64,000 nucleotides of DNA from an uncultured Rubrobacteraceae bacterium (GCA_963811295.1 CAWEQZ010000053.1:9751-73750), one strand, 5' to 3'. Counted from the stretch's first letter, positions 1 through 10,440 are shown. The notes: generated by a model not told the origin, from the letters alone. Numbers and translations: made by a program.

Positions 1-1
1 T

Positions 2-112
2 GAAGGAGAGGTAGTTCGGGAAAAGGTAAGCGGGAGGCCGTCGCACTTCTGTCCCGCCTGCCAGCGGGAGGATGGCCCCGGAGGAAGGGCAAGGTTAGAA
101 TCGTTGTGGTAA
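2..112 (+). CDS. 3' end of Fpg/Nei-family DNA glycosylase (C-terminal zinc finger), truncated by window edge
   Basis: Manual translation from position 2 gives EGEVVREKVSGRPSHFCPACQR...LW*. GRxxxFCPxCQ is the Fpg/Nei zinc-finger tail. Confidence 0.75.
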   Translation, partial: EGEVVREKVSGRPSHFCPACQREDGPGGRARLESLW

Positions 113-133
113 GTAACGTGAAAGGAGCCAAGG

Positions 134-1627
134 GTGGCTGATCAATTCGACCTCGTAGTGATCGGTGGCGGGAACGGTGGATACATACCAGCGATCCGGG
201 CCAGCCAGCTGGGAATGGAGGTGGCCCTCATCGAGAAGCGGGAGGGCGGACATCTCGGAGGCACGTGCCTGAACTTGGGATGCATCCCGACGAAAGCATT
301 GCTCCAGACGGCCCATCTCTTGCACGACGCCAGAAACGGCGAAGACTTCGGGGTCAAGGTCGGCGAGGTAGAGTTCGACTACCCGCAGGCCGCCAAGCGC
401 CGCGAACAGGTCGTCAACCAGCTCAGGCGCGGCGTGCAGGGCCTGATGAAGAAGAACAAGATCACCGTCTACAACGGAGTTGGCAGCTTCGTCGAACCCA
501 AGAAGATAAAGGTAGAGACCGAAGACGGCGAGGAGGAACTCGAGGCGGGGAACGTCCTGATCTCCACCGGCTCCGCCGTCAACACCCTGCCCGGTCTGGA
601 GTTCGACGGCGAGAAGATCATCTCCTCAGACGACATCGTCACCAACGACGAGGACTACGCGGAGTCCGTGGTCATCCTCGGCTCTGGCGCCGTCGGCGTG
701 GAGTTCGCGAGCATGTACAACGACTTCGGCGCTGAAGTGACCATCGTCGAGATCCTGGACCGCCTCGTGCCGCTGGAGGACCCGGAGATCTCCGAAGCGC
801 TCAGGAAGGAGTTCGAGAACCGCGGCATAACGGTTCTCACGAGCACCAAGGCCGATCTCGAGAGCCTGGAGAAGACCGACAGCGGCATCAAGATCACCGT
901 GGCAGGCGCAGAATCTGGGGAGCAGGAGGAGACCGAAGGCGAGGGAGGCGGCTACGGCGGCGAAGATCCGCCTACCGGCGAGGCCAGCGAAGCTGGTGGC
1001 GACACCCTGGAGGCCGAGGCGTTGCTCGTTGCCGTCGGGCGGAAGACCGTTATCGAGGACCTCAACCTCGACGTGACTGGCGTCGAGGTCGATGAGCGCG
1101 GCATCATCCAGGTGGACGGGTACGGACGCACGGCCGAGGACGGTGTCTATGCGGCGGGGGACGTAGTCGGGGGTTTCTGGCTCGCCCACGAGGCCGGACA
1201 CGAGGGCATCATCGCCGTCGAGCACATGGCCGGCGAGGACCCGATGCCCAAGGACAGGAACCTCGTCCCGCGCGTCACTTTCTGTAGGCCAGAGGTGGCC
1301 TCTTTCGGGCTCACCAAGGCGCAGGCCGAGGAGGAGGGTTACGAGGTCAGGGAGACGAAATTTCCGTTCAGGGCCATCGGCAAGGCGCTTATCGAAGGGG
1401 AGTCCAACGGGTTCTTCAAGATCGTCGCCGACGACGAGACGGACCTGATCCTCGGGATGCACGCCATAGGGCCGAAGGTCACGGATCTCATCACCGAAGG
1501 CGTCTTCGCCAAGCTCGTCGAGGGCACGCCGGAGGAGATCGGGATGACCATGCATCCCCACCCGAGCCTCTCGGAAGTCGTAGGAGAAGCCGCGATGGCC
1601 TCGGAAGGACATCCGATTCACTTCTAG
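134..1627 (+). CDS. lpdA: Dihydrolipoamide dehydrogenase (E3)
   Basis: GGGNGG FAD motif, GGTCLNLGCIPTK redox disulfide, GSGAVG NAD motif, C-terminal HPHPSLSE; RBS AAGGAG. Confidence 0.97.
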   Translation: MADQFDLVVIGGGNGGYIPAIRASQLGMEVALIEKREGGHLGGTCLNLGCIPTKALLQTAHLLHDARNGEDFGVKVGEVEFDYPQAAKRREQVVNQLRRGVQGLMKKNKITVYNGVGSFVEPKKIKVETEDGEEELEAGNVLISTGSAVNTLPGLEFDGEKIISSDDIVTNDEDYAESVVILGSGAVGVEFASMYNDFGAEVTIVEILDRLVPLEDPEISEALRKEFENRGITVLTSTKADLESLEKTDSGIKITVAGAESGEQEETEGEGGGYGGEDPPTGEASEAGGDTLEAEALLVAVGRKTVIEDLNLDVTGVEVDERGIIQVDGYGRTAEDGVYAAGDVVGGFWLAHEAGHEGIIAVEHMAGEDPMPKDRNLVPRVTFCRPEVASFGLTKAQAEEEGYEVRETKFPFRAIGKALIEGESNGFFKIVADDETDLILGMHAIGPKVTDLITEGVFAKLVEGTPEEIGMTMHPHPSLSEVVGEAAMASEGHPIHF

Positions 1628-1724
1628 GTTTCAGGTATCAGCCGTCAGGTGGGGTTTTGGGCTGCGTAGCAACGTGACGCCAACGTCGCCCCGTGCACTA
1701 CCTGAATCCTGTAGCCTGATGCCC
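1628..1724. repeat. 7-nt TCAGG/CCTGA inverted tandem-repeat element
   Basis: Left arm gtttcag-gtatcag-ccgtcag, right arm cctgaat-cctgtag-cctgatg, unique spacer; same architecture as 38430-38516. Confidence 0.7.
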
Positions 1725-1757
1725 GGAATGGGAAGGCCTCGAGGCCTTCCCATTCCG
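1724..1757. repeat. Perfect 34-bp palindrome (REP-like or terminator)
   Basis: cggaatgggaaggcctc|gaggccttcccattccg between lpdA and lipA. Confidence 0.8.
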
Positions 1758-1835
1758 CTATGAGATAGGTGACACGGCACGGGTCAGCCTCCGTGCGATA
1801 CCATAGGCGCAGAATGCGAAAAAGATAGGAGCGCC

Positions 1836-2876
1836 GTGGCCCGCAGACAGATCAACTTGAAGGTATTGGACGATGGCACGAAGACCTTTGAGGTCCGCCA
1901 CCGCTGGGAAGACAGGCCAGTACCCCCGCCGCCCGACGGGACGCCGACGGAGTACCTCCCTTTCCGGCAGCAGGCGAGGGGAGTTCCCGGCGCGCACGGT
2001 CGTCCCGAATGGCTAAAGGCGCGCATCCCAGACGGCGAAGTCTACCGCGACATCAAGGAGACAATGCGCGGCCTGAACCTCCACACCGTCTGCGAGGAGG
2101 CCCGCTGCCCTAACATCGGGGAATGTTGGAACAACCGCACGGCGACGTTCATGATCCTAGGCAACGTCTGTACCCGTTCGTGTGGCTTCTGCGCCGTGCT
2201 CACGGGCAAGCCCAGCGAGCTAGATCTCGACGAGCCCTATCGTGTCGCCGACGCCGCAAAGAAGATGGGTTTGGAGCACGCCGTGATCACGAGCGTGAAC
2301 CGTGACGAGCTCTCAGACGGCGGCGCCTCCATCTTCGCCGGGACGATACACGCGATCAGGGAAGAGGTCCCCGGCTGCGCCGTCGAGGTCCTGACCCCCG
2401 ACTTCAAGGGTGATCGGGACGCGATCAAGACCGTCATAGACGCCCGTCCCGACACCTTCAACCACAACATCGAAACCGTCCCCCGCCTCTACTATGCGGT
2501 CCGTCCGCAGGCCAAGTACGGACGCTCCCTGGAGGTGCTGCGCTACGCCAAGGAGCTGAACCCCGACGGCCTGACCAAGAGCGGATTTATGGTCGGATTG
2601 GGCGAGGTCGAAGAGGAGATTCACCAGACGATGCGCGACCTGCGGGATCACGAGGTGGATATCCTGACCATCGGCCAGTATCTCAGGCCCTCCGAGAACC
2701 ACCTGCCGATGAGCCGCTACTACACGCCCAAAGAGTTCGCGAGCCTGCGCAAGTACGGTTTCTCACTGGGCTTCAAGCACGTCGAGAGCGGGCCGCTGGT
2801 CCGTAGCTCCTACCACGCGCACGAACAGACTGCCGATGCCAGGCGGAGCCCCGCGGCAGGCGTCGCGAGCGTCTAG
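1836..2876 (+). CDS. lipA: Lipoyl synthase
   Basis: [12 protein letters not shown] auxiliary cluster motif, CTRSCGFC radical SAM motif, C-terminal RSSYHA. Confidence 0.97.
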   Translation: MARRQINLKVLDDGTKTFEVRHRWEDRPVPPPPDGTPTEYLPFRQQARGVPGAHGRPEWLKARIPDGEVYRDIKETMRGLNLHTVCEEARCPNIGECWNNRTATFMILGNVCTRSCGFCAVLTGKPSELDLDEPYRVADAAKKMGLEHAVITSVNRDELSDGGASIFAGTIHAIREEVPGCAVEVLTPDFKGDRDAIKTVIDARPDTFNHNIETVPRLYYAVRPQAKYGRSLEVLRYAKELNPDGLTKSGFMVGLGEVEEEIHQTMRDLRDHEVDILTIGQYLRPSENHLPMSRYYTPKEFASLRKYGFSLGFKHVESGPLVRSSYHAHEQTADARRSPAAGVASV

Positions 2877-2885
2877 AGCCCGGGC

Positions 2886-3548
2886 GTGACCCTGGAGAAG
2901 CGGTCCCCGGCCACAACGATCGTCGATGTGCGGCGGCTGCCTGGATTGACGCCTTACGCGGAGGCTTGGGATCTTCAGAAGGATCTCGTGCGGCTCAGGA
3001 AGAACGACGGGATCCCCGACACCTTCATCCTGTGCGAGCACCCGCCGGTCTACACGGTGGGAAGGGCCGCCAACGACGCGGGGAACCTGGGTGCCGGAGA
3101 AGAGTACCTCAAAGCTCTGGGGGCCGAGGTTTTCTGGAGCGATAGGGGAGGAGATGCGACCTTCCACGGTCCCGGTCAGATCGTTGGGTACCCGATCCTG
3201 CGCCTCAAAGTCCGCGACGCACACGCCTACCTCCGCGATCTCGAAGGCGTCCTCATCCGGGTACTCGCAGACTACGGGCTCGAAGGCTGGCACCATCCGG
3301 AATACACGGGTGTATGGGTTGGGGAGAACAAGATCGCCGCCATCGGCGTGAAGTTCTCGTCCGGTTGGATTACCTCCCACGGCTTCGCCCTGAACGTGAA
3401 GACAGACCTTACCTGGTTCGACCGCATTACACCCTGCGGTATAAAGGAGTTCGGCATCACGAGCCTGAGCCGGGAATTGAGGCGCGAGGTCTCTCTCGCC
3501 GAAGTAGAAGACAAGATCGTCGACCACTTTCTCCGGTCGTTCCGTTAG
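2886..3548 (+). CDS. lipB: Lipoyl(octanoyl) transferase
   Basis: EHPPVYTVG, DRGGDATFHGPGQIVGYPI, KIAAIG, HGFALNV, PCG motifs. Confidence 0.95.
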   Translation: MTLEKRSPATTIVDVRRLPGLTPYAEAWDLQKDLVRLRKNDGIPDTFILCEHPPVYTVGRAANDAGNLGAGEEYLKALGAEVFWSDRGGDATFHGPGQIVGYPILRLKVRDAHAYLRDLEGVLIRVLADYGLEGWHHPEYTGVWVGENKIAAIGVKFSSGWITSHGFALNVKTDLTWFDRITPCGIKEFGITSLSRELRREVSLAEVEDKIVDHFLRSFR

Positions 3549-3604
3549 TTTGCTTTCTACCCCAGGGGTACGGTATCTCCCATCTACGTTTGAACGATCC
3601 TCCA

Positions 3605-4018
3605 TTAGCCGCTGGGTGGAGCCGGCAAACGATCGATTATGGCGGCCCACAGAATGACGAGGTCAAGGGCCACCGACAGTCGTTTGGCGGCTCCGAAGAA
3701 GCCCATCATGAGGAGAAGCGAGAGGATAGCTCCCCCATAGCCAGAACCCTCCACCAGCCAAACGGAACCTACTACCCCAGCACTGCCAGCGTTCGCGAGG
3801 ATGAACATCAGTGCTGCGGCCCCAGCGAGGAAGACTCCGGAGATCAGGTATTCGCCAGAGGCCGGGATTCGGCCCAAGAGCCCGCCGTCGCCGATTGACC
3901 AGGGCCAAGCCCACCGCAACAGCCCGCCGAACTCCCTCTGAGCCCCTCTGTCAAGCAGAATAAGCCCCATAGCCGCCTGGCCTGAGAACTGATCAGGGTT
4001 GACCAGCAGTATGCTCAA
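3605..4018 (-). pseudogene. Degenerate hypothetical membrane protein
   Basis: Three hydrophobic segments in the C-terminal half; N-terminus looks non-coding or scrambled. Confidence 0.35.
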
Positions 4019-4097
4019 TATGCGTCTGGCAGATCATCCTCCTTGTAGCACACTGATACTGAAGGAGTCCCTGGCCACAGGAAGGAGGTGAGATCTC

Positions 4098-4985
4098 ATG
4101 ACAACCATCAAGGCTTTCATCAAGCGGCACCCGGTGCTCACCTACATCGCATTGACATTCGCTATCTCATGGGGCGGTATCCTCATTGTGATCGGGGTCG
4201 GTCCTAGTGGATTCTCGGCCACTCCGGGACAGTTTCAGAAGGCAGTCCCGTTCGCACTCCCGGCGATGCTTCTCGGTCCCAGTGTGGCAGGCATACTGTT
4301 GACCGGCCTCCTCTATGGGAAGGCTGGCCTTCGCGAGTTTGCATCGCGGTTGCTCAGGTGGCGGGTTGGCGCTCGATGGTACGCCGTAGCGCTCCTTACC
4401 GCCCCGCTCTCGATGATGGCGGTGCTCCTTGGGCTCTCGCTAATCTCCCCTGAGTTCCTCCCCCGCATATTCACCGCTAGCGACAAGGCTTCCCTTGTAC
4501 TGATGGGTATCGCGGTGGGGCTGGGGGCAGGCATCTTCGAGGAGCTAGGGTGGACAGGGTTCGCCATACCCAGGATGAAGCTACGTTACGGTGTCCTTAG
4601 TACGGGGCTCTTCGTGGGGATGCTGTGGGGAGCGTGGCACCTCTTTATAAACTACTGGGCAAGCGGCGTTACCTCCGGAGAGCTCTCCCTGGCCCTCTGG
4701 CTGTCCACGTGGCTCTTGGGTACTGTTGTAGGGCAATTGCCAGCCTTCAGGGTGCTCATGGTGTGGGTCTACGAGCGTACTAATGGGAGCCTGCTCTTGG
4801 CGATGCTCATGCACGCGAGTTTCGCAGCCTTCACGTTTATCCTCATACCCCCGCTGGCAGTAAAAGTCAACTGGATCAGTGGCTTCGCATATGCCGCCGC
4901 GCTGTGGATGGTCGTTGGAGCGGTCGCCTTGGCTCAAGGCGGGCACCTCTCGCGACAGCCACCGCTTCAGAGACGGGTGGCTTGA
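4098..4985 (+). CDS. CPBP/Abi (CAAX protease-like) intramembrane metalloprotease
   Basis: EELGWTG, WGAWH and AMLMHAS motifs; multi-TM; strong RBS AAGGAGGTGA. Confidence 0.9.
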   Translation: MTTIKAFIKRHPVLTYIALTFAISWGGILIVIGVGPSGFSATPGQFQKAVPFALPAMLLGPSVAGILLTGLLYGKAGLREFASRLLRWRVGARWYAVALLTAPLSMMAVLLGLSLISPEFLPRIFTASDKASLVLMGIAVGLGAGIFEELGWTGFAIPRMKLRYGVLSTGLFVGMLWGAWHLFINYWASGVTSGELSLALWLSTWLLGTVVGQLPAFRVLMVWVYERTNGSLLLAMLMHASFAAFTFILIPPLAVKVNWISGFAYAAALWMVVGAVALAQGGHLSRQPPLQRRVA

Positions 4986-5170
4986 GACAGGAGTAGCCCT
5001 TACTCGCGACGAACTCACGCAAGATCTGCCCCTCGGTGGTCCCGTAGGGGACCAAGACCCTCATCATGGTCGCCAAAGCATCCTTGTGGATGGCTCTCTC
5101 TGGTGCCTGACAATCTGCTATCGCACGCTCCGCAACGAGTCTCCACCTCTGTCGGGCGATTTTACCCAAC

Positions 5171-5938
5171 TCATCCAGAATCACTTCTCCCATCGAGGTT
5201 ATCTTGGAGCCGTTTTACTTGGGCGCGTAAGAGGGCGATGGCCAGCACCGCGATCCACAGCATGGTGGCGAAGATGTCGATGCGCTCCCAAAGCCCCATC
5301 CACGGCGTGGGCAGATTTGCCTCAAGCTGTGGCTGGTCCAAACCTGTCATTACGCCAAACACGACGAGTATCAGCATCGTCGCGATCGAATAGAGGCGGA
5401 ACCGCTTTCCGAATGCCGTAGCTCCAAACCCCATGGCGAGCAGGTAGCACAGAGCACCCCCAAACGTGAGGATCCCGTGCCAGGCATCGGTAAGCGATCC
5501 CGCCCCGGCTGCCAGGGCCTCACGCAGGTGGATTGGGGCAAATAGCGTCGCCACGGAGCCAAGGACTTCCTTTCCGATCAGCCCGACCGCCACGAGGCGC
5601 AGGGCGCGCTTTTCACCAGCCGATACCCAGACGCCCAACCCGAATGCGATCGCAAGCACGCCGTACGTGAGCATAAGCGGAACAGCGAGTGGTCTCGTCG
5701 GAGCACCGATAGCGAACAGCTCGCTGACGGTTTGATCTGTGTAGCTGTAGCCCTCCCATCGCGTAGCTAGGAGGATGTCAGTGGCGACATAGAACAGCGG
5801 CCCCACGATGCCGAGGGCGAGCAAGACATCTCGTACCAGCGTTCCGCTCGGCCTGATCTGTCCAAGGACCAGGCGGTGCCCTTCTCGAGGCGCGCTGCTT
5901 ATTGAGCGCTCGGTGGGTGCGCTGTCGGTCTTACCCAT
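5171..5938 (-). CDS. DUF998-like integral membrane protein
   Basis: GYSYTDQTVSELFA, WHG and GLWERI motifs, multi-TM; RBS AAGGAG before the ATG at 5938. Confidence 0.8.
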   Translation of the reverse strand: MGKTDSAPTERSISSAPREGHRLVLGQIRPSGTLVRDVLLALGIVGPLFYVATDILLATRWEGYSYTDQTVSELFAIGAPTRPLAVPLMLTYGVLAIAFGLGVWVSAGEKRALRLVAVGLIGKEVLGSVATLFAPIHLREALAAGAGSLTDAWHGILTFGGALCYLLAMGFGATAFGKRFRLYSIATMLILVVFGVMTGLDQPQLEANLPTPWMGLWERIDIFATMLWIAVLAIALLRAQVKRLQDNLDGRSDSG

Positions 5939-6331
5939 TAGCGGCTCCTTCCCGCAAGTTGGAGCGGGCACATAGGCAGCCGTCCCTCTGTGTTACGTCC
6001 TCACCCTAATGCTCGAGTAGGCAGCCGCCCTGACACAACCTAACCACTAACCTGGTCAATTTGTATCATACATGTCTTGCACCCTTTCCAGAACTCTTTT
6101 TTCATAGAGTTGAGTAGACCCGCCGCCCGCCGTGGGGGGTGTAGCGCCTTCCACAGACCCCTTGATCCCTTCGCGGGCGTTCTCGATTTGAGGAGTGAGT
6201 ATCAGGTCCGCAGGTGTTCGCGAGTTCAGACGAGCAATGTTGATCAGGAGAATGGACTATGTTGCTCAAGGCGGCGTCGCTCCGGGACGCTACACTCAAA
6301 GCCGAAGAGTAGGAAAGAGATGTGCTAGGTC

Positions 6332-6559
6332 ATGAACGACGGCTTCAAGATCCTCCTCGGAGCACTCGGCGGAGCGATCATTGCCCTGCTGCTCGTGTCG
6401 ATCTTGGGCAGGGGCGGCGGGATGGGATCCATGATGAGCGGCAGGATGATGGGTGGCGGGCTGATAGGAGGGTTGTTCTCGCTGCTTTTCTGGGGGCTCG
6501 TAGTATCTCTGATCGTTGCGTTGGTGGTCTGGGTCGTTGCCCAGGCACAGCGACGGTAG
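6332..6559 (+). CDS. Small two-TM membrane protein with Met/Gly-rich loop
   Basis: Two hydrophobic helices flanking GGGMGSMMSGRMMGGG. Confidence 0.65.
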   Translation: MNDGFKILLGALGGAIIALLLVSILGRGGGMGSMMSGRMMGGGLIGGLFSLLFWGLVVSLIVALVVWVVAQAQRR

Positions 6560-7107
6560 CTGCTCCCCACAAGGAACGATGAGGTCTCGACCAACATCCT
6601 TTGCACGTTAGACTCCCCACTGGCTCGACCTAGCCGTCTTCGCCCTGTCGTAGATGTCCGATCCGCGTACGCGGACTTTCGAACACCAGCTGCGGAGCTT
6701 GTGGTGAATATTGACTCCTTTCTTGATCACAATGTGTCAAGACAAGCGTCTACCACGGTCTTAGGCTAGGACCGCAACCTAAAGAGTGGGCCAGACGCTA
6801 AAGTGGCGCCTGCGATGCTTGGCGTAGGCCGATGATCGTCTACTGTCTGCTCCAGGAGTAAGCGACATATAATGGTGCGGAAGTGCATGTTGGCGATCAA
6901 GGAAGGCGTCGAGGGTCGAACAAAGAAGGGGGTTGAGAATCTTAGAAGCTTTGCGAATAGCTTGACCGGGTGTCGCAGTGGCCGGGTGCCTTGTGTATCT
7001 CCGGGAAGGAACTCCGCAGCGCTCGGCTCTGAGGTCAACCGTGGACAAGGCGTGTCAGCTATCTGAAGCATTAACAAGGTGAACTGGTGCCCAAGGATAG
7101 GTGTCTT

Positions 7108-8247
7108 ATGAGCGACATCCCCGAGGAAGCCCTCAAAACCATTGAAGAAACCTTCGGAAGCCGCTTCGTACCGCACGCGGCTGACGAAACGGAACCGCAC
7201 GCCGAGCGGCCCTTCGCTTCCGTGTTTCCAGAGAGCGCTGCGGAGGTCCGGTCGCTGATGAAACTCGCCGCCCGCCACGGCATACCGCTGATGGCCCGGG
7301 GTGCGGGCACCGCCCTCTATTTGGGCAAGGTGCCGCGGGCTCTTGTGGTGCGTTTCGACGCGATGCGCCACATACAATTCCCGGAGAATCCGGAAGAGGA
7401 GTGGGTGGAGGTCGAGCCGGGAGCCACCTGGATGGTACTCGGAAACCGTCTGCGCGGGAAGGGTATGGGACCGAGGGTCTACCCCACGAGCGCACCTAGG
7501 TCGACCGTCGGCGGCTGGCTGGCTGAGAACGGAGTGGGGGTAGGCTCTTACGAGTACGGTTGGCTGCTTCAGAACGTCCTCTCGGTAGAGGTCGTGCTGG
7601 CTGGAGGCGAACAAGACTTCATCGAGGGTGAGGCCCTGAGGCACTTCGTGGGATCCAGGGGCAGCATGGGGTTCTTTGTGCGGGCTCGGCTTGCTACCCG
7701 AGCGGCAGACGGGGACGTACCCGTGGGAGCGGTCTTCCGAGACGCGGAGGATCTTGGGAATGCCGTTCTGGACCTCTACCGAGGCGGAACGCCGCTGTGG
7801 CACCTGGGCTTCCTGAACGCTGCCATGGCTCGCGCCGGGAGCCTCGAGGAAGGGTACATGCTTTTCGGCGCATACCCGGAGGAGAGGGCATCCTGGGTCG
7901 AGCCTGCTATGCAGAGGGCGAGCGAATCCCATCGAGGATACGTCGTTACTCGTGAGGGGGCCCACCGCATCTGGGAGCGGAGGTTCTTCCCGGCGAGCCC
8001 TTTGGGGCCGACCCCGATTCCCGGACGTGCGTTCATCCAAGGCGCGCGCCTAGCCCCGACGCTCGCGGAGCTCGAGCGCAAGCTGGCAGGAGTGGCGATC
8101 CAGGGAACGGTATCCCGGGGGGGCGAGGTGTCTCTTCTGGCTTTCGATCCGGCTAAGGGTAGCGCGGGCCTCGTAGACCTGTCTGCCACCACGGACATCG
8201 AGTTACTGCAGACGGGCGGGCACTTCTGGATGCCCGAGCAGCGGTAG
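7108..8247 (+). CDS. FAD-binding oxidoreductase (FAD_binding_4/GlcD-like)
   Basis: ARGAGT, VEVEPGA, TVGGWLAENG, EVVLAGG and GSRGSMG motifs. Confidence 0.85.
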   Translation: MSDIPEEALKTIEETFGSRFVPHAADETEPHAERPFASVFPESAAEVRSLMKLAARHGIPLMARGAGTALYLGKVPRALVVRFDAMRHIQFPENPEEEWVEVEPGATWMVLGNRLRGKGMGPRVYPTSAPRSTVGGWLAENGVGVGSYEYGWLLQNVLSVEVVLAGGEQDFIEGEALRHFVGSRGSMGFFVRARLATRAADGDVPVGAVFRDAEDLGNAVLDLYRGGTPLWHLGFLNAAMARAGSLEEGYMLFGAYPEERASWVEPAMQRASESHRGYVVTREGAHRIWERRFFPASPLGPTPIPGRAFIQGARLAPTLAELERKLAGVAIQGTVSRGGEVSLLAFDPAKGSAGLVDLSATTDIELLQTGGHFWMPEQR

Positions 8248-8746
8248 AGGGACATGATAGAGTACTTGACGATTGAGTTATCGACCTGAGGCCATCTGGA
8301 GATCGTCGCGGCTTCGTGTCGGATCCGTCCGAGCACCTCAGCCGCTACATGGCCTGAACCATATCCGCCGCTTCAGGAGTAGTGAGATCAAGACCCCAAG
8401 CTAGGCAAGGAGAGTACTTCTGGATCGGGCTTCATTACCTCAATGGGCACTCACGTCCGGCGTGATGGTCCTACGGAGGCGGGAATAGTGGCGCAGGCAG
8501 CGGAGATGGAAGGGATCAAGAATGGCGGAGGTCGTCCGGCGTCTCGGAGAGACGGGGTATGGGCCGAAACAACGGGCGCGTGTGGATCTTGAGATCTACT
8601 CGCACTGCGCAGGACTCCTCGTTCAAGAGGGGCTGGAGTTCACCCAGCGGTCGCACAGGGAGTTTTAGGAAACCAGCGGCGTCTTGTTGGACATCGAAGT
8701 AGCCGCACGGATGGGAGAAGATGCCCGAGGAAGGGACGCGACCAGG

Positions 8747-8867
8747 GCCCTCATCGCCGTGGGGAGCCGTGGCCTGACGAGGCGCCTGAGGTTGGGTAGC
8801 GTCTCGAACCGAGATGCTCAGGGCGGCCGGGGGTCCGATTCTGGTCTATACACGGGCTGAGATCTGA
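8747..8867 (+). pseudogene. Universal stress protein C-terminal remnant
   Basis: ALIAVGSRGL-TRRLRLGSVS, then after a 1-nt frameshift TEMLRAAGGPILVY; this is the canonical USP tail. Confidence 0.75.
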
Positions 8868-8907
8868 GGGTGCGGTTTTGCTGGCGGCCCCTCAGGGTGT
8901 ATAGGGC

Positions 8908-9652
8908 ATGGAACCGGCGGGCGCAACTTCGGTCTTTCTCTTCGCGCTGCTCACGGCGGTGGCCACCGGCTTCGGCGCCGTGCCCTTCGCCTTCGCGAAG
9001 CATCCCACACGCCGGTGGCTCGGAGCCTCCAACGCCATCGCGGCGGGACTTATGCTCGCGGCGAGCTTCGGCCTGATCTACGAAGGCATGAATCACGGTC
9101 CCCTGCGTGCGCTGGTGGGCGCCCTACTCTGGTTGGTGTTCATCGTGGTCGCGCGCCGATTCCTCCGGCACGAGGAGCACCCGGCGGTCTTCGCGAGTAT
9201 GAGTGGCCTCGACGCCCGAAAGGCGCTGCTCATCGTCGGGCGTCATGACGCTACACTCATTCACCGAAGGGGTGGGAATAGGGGTGTCATTCGGCGGAGA
9301 CCAGGCCCTTGGCCTGTTTATAAGCCTGGCCCTGGCCGTCCACAATATACCCGAAGGGCTCGCCATCAGCCTGGTCCTCGTGCCGCGCGGCGTGGGGTGG
9401 GTTCGCGCTGCGCTGTGGAGCATCTTCTCCAGTCTGCCGCAGCCCTTGATGGCGGTGCCGGCATTCTTCTTCGTCGAGGTCTTCCGGCCGCTGCTGCCTT
9501 ACGGGCTGGGTTTCGCAGCGGGGGCGATGATCTGGATGGTCTTCTCCGAGCTGGTGCCCGACGCCCTCGAGGAGGCTTCGGGTGACCTCGTGGCTGTGGT
9601 GGTCACGGTCTCCGTCATCGCCATGGTGGCTTTTCAGATCTTTATCCGGTAA
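8908..9652 (+). pseudogene. ZIP (ZupT-like) metal transporter, frameshifted
   Basis: N-half (AAGLMLAASF) and C-half ([31 protein letters not shown]) are in different frames; one extra G at about 9238-9240. Confidence 0.85.
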
Positions 9653-9744
9653 GTATTGATCAACATGAATGGGACAAACCGTCAAGATTGCTCAGGAATT
9701 GCTCCCCGCGCGGTAGTAAGGTCCGGATGTAACCGAAAAGTAAG

Positions 9745-10265
9745 ATGGAGGCGATGAAATCCCCCCACGAACGAGCCCTGAGAGACATCGATGAGGTCTT
9801 CGGAGACCGGTTGAAGCGTGGAAGATCACCGCGTCCGCCAGGAGCACCGGACACTGGAGAGGCTCTAGCTTCTGTGTCACCGATGAGCGCCGAAGAGGTC
9901 GAGATCCTCGTGAAGGCGGCCGGACGTTACTCCGTACCGCTGGTGGCGCTGGGTGCCGGGACGGCCTCCACACCACAGGGCGGGAGCATACTGGTCCACT
10001 TCGACCTGATGCGCGGCCTGCGGCTACCGGAGCGCGAGGAGCCTTGGGTGGAGGCCGAGCTGGAGCGTCCTGGCTGCAATTGGACGACCTCCTGCGCGCA
10101 CGAGGATGGGGCCTCGCCGTCTACCCTACGAGCGCCCCTCTCGAACGACCGTCGGGGGCTGGCTCACCCAGGACGGCCTGGGCGTAGGGTCTTTTCGAGT
10201 ATGGGTGGCTGAGCGAGAACCTCCTGTCAGCGAGTGTGGTGCTGCCGGACGGAGAACTCGTCGAT
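9745..10265 (+). pseudogene. Truncated, multiply frameshifted paralogue of the FAD oxidoreductase at 7108
   Basis: LVALGAGT, HFDLMRG and WVEAE; in other frames YPTSAP, TVGGWLTQDGLGVGSF and YGWLSENLLSASVVLPDG, collinear with 7108-8247. Confidence 0.85.
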
Positions 10266-10275
10266 TGCTATGTTT

Positions 10276-10440
10276 CTACGAGGCATGCTGGTCGATACCG
10301 AATAGTTCCAGGTACTTGTTCAACGTCTGCAAAAAGGAAGGCACCTTCATCGGGCACCCGCGCACCATGTCGTCGACCTGTATCACCTCGTTGAGCTTCC
10401 TGACCTCTTTGCCATAATCGAAGTGACTCAGGACCGCGCG
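10276..10440 (-). pseudogene. Remnant of NiFe-hydrogenase small subunit/NuoB-like (Oxidored_q6) C-terminus
   Basis: Manual translation KEVRKLNEVIQVDDMVRGCPMKVPSFLQTLNKYLELFG; carries the VDxxxxGCP motif. Confidence 0.55.

Noticed and set aside
6698-6745. Imperfect palindrome TTGATCACAATGTGTCAA as an FNR/Rex site or TTGACA promoter
   Set aside because: Spacing does not fit either consensus and there is no clear downstream gene.
6766-8040. Long antisense ORFs (also 11570-13195, 17294-18436, 30880-32439, 47871-49109, 60172-61458, 63232-63993)
   Set aside because: Shadow ORFs opposite well-supported genes, expected at high GC; no family motifs.
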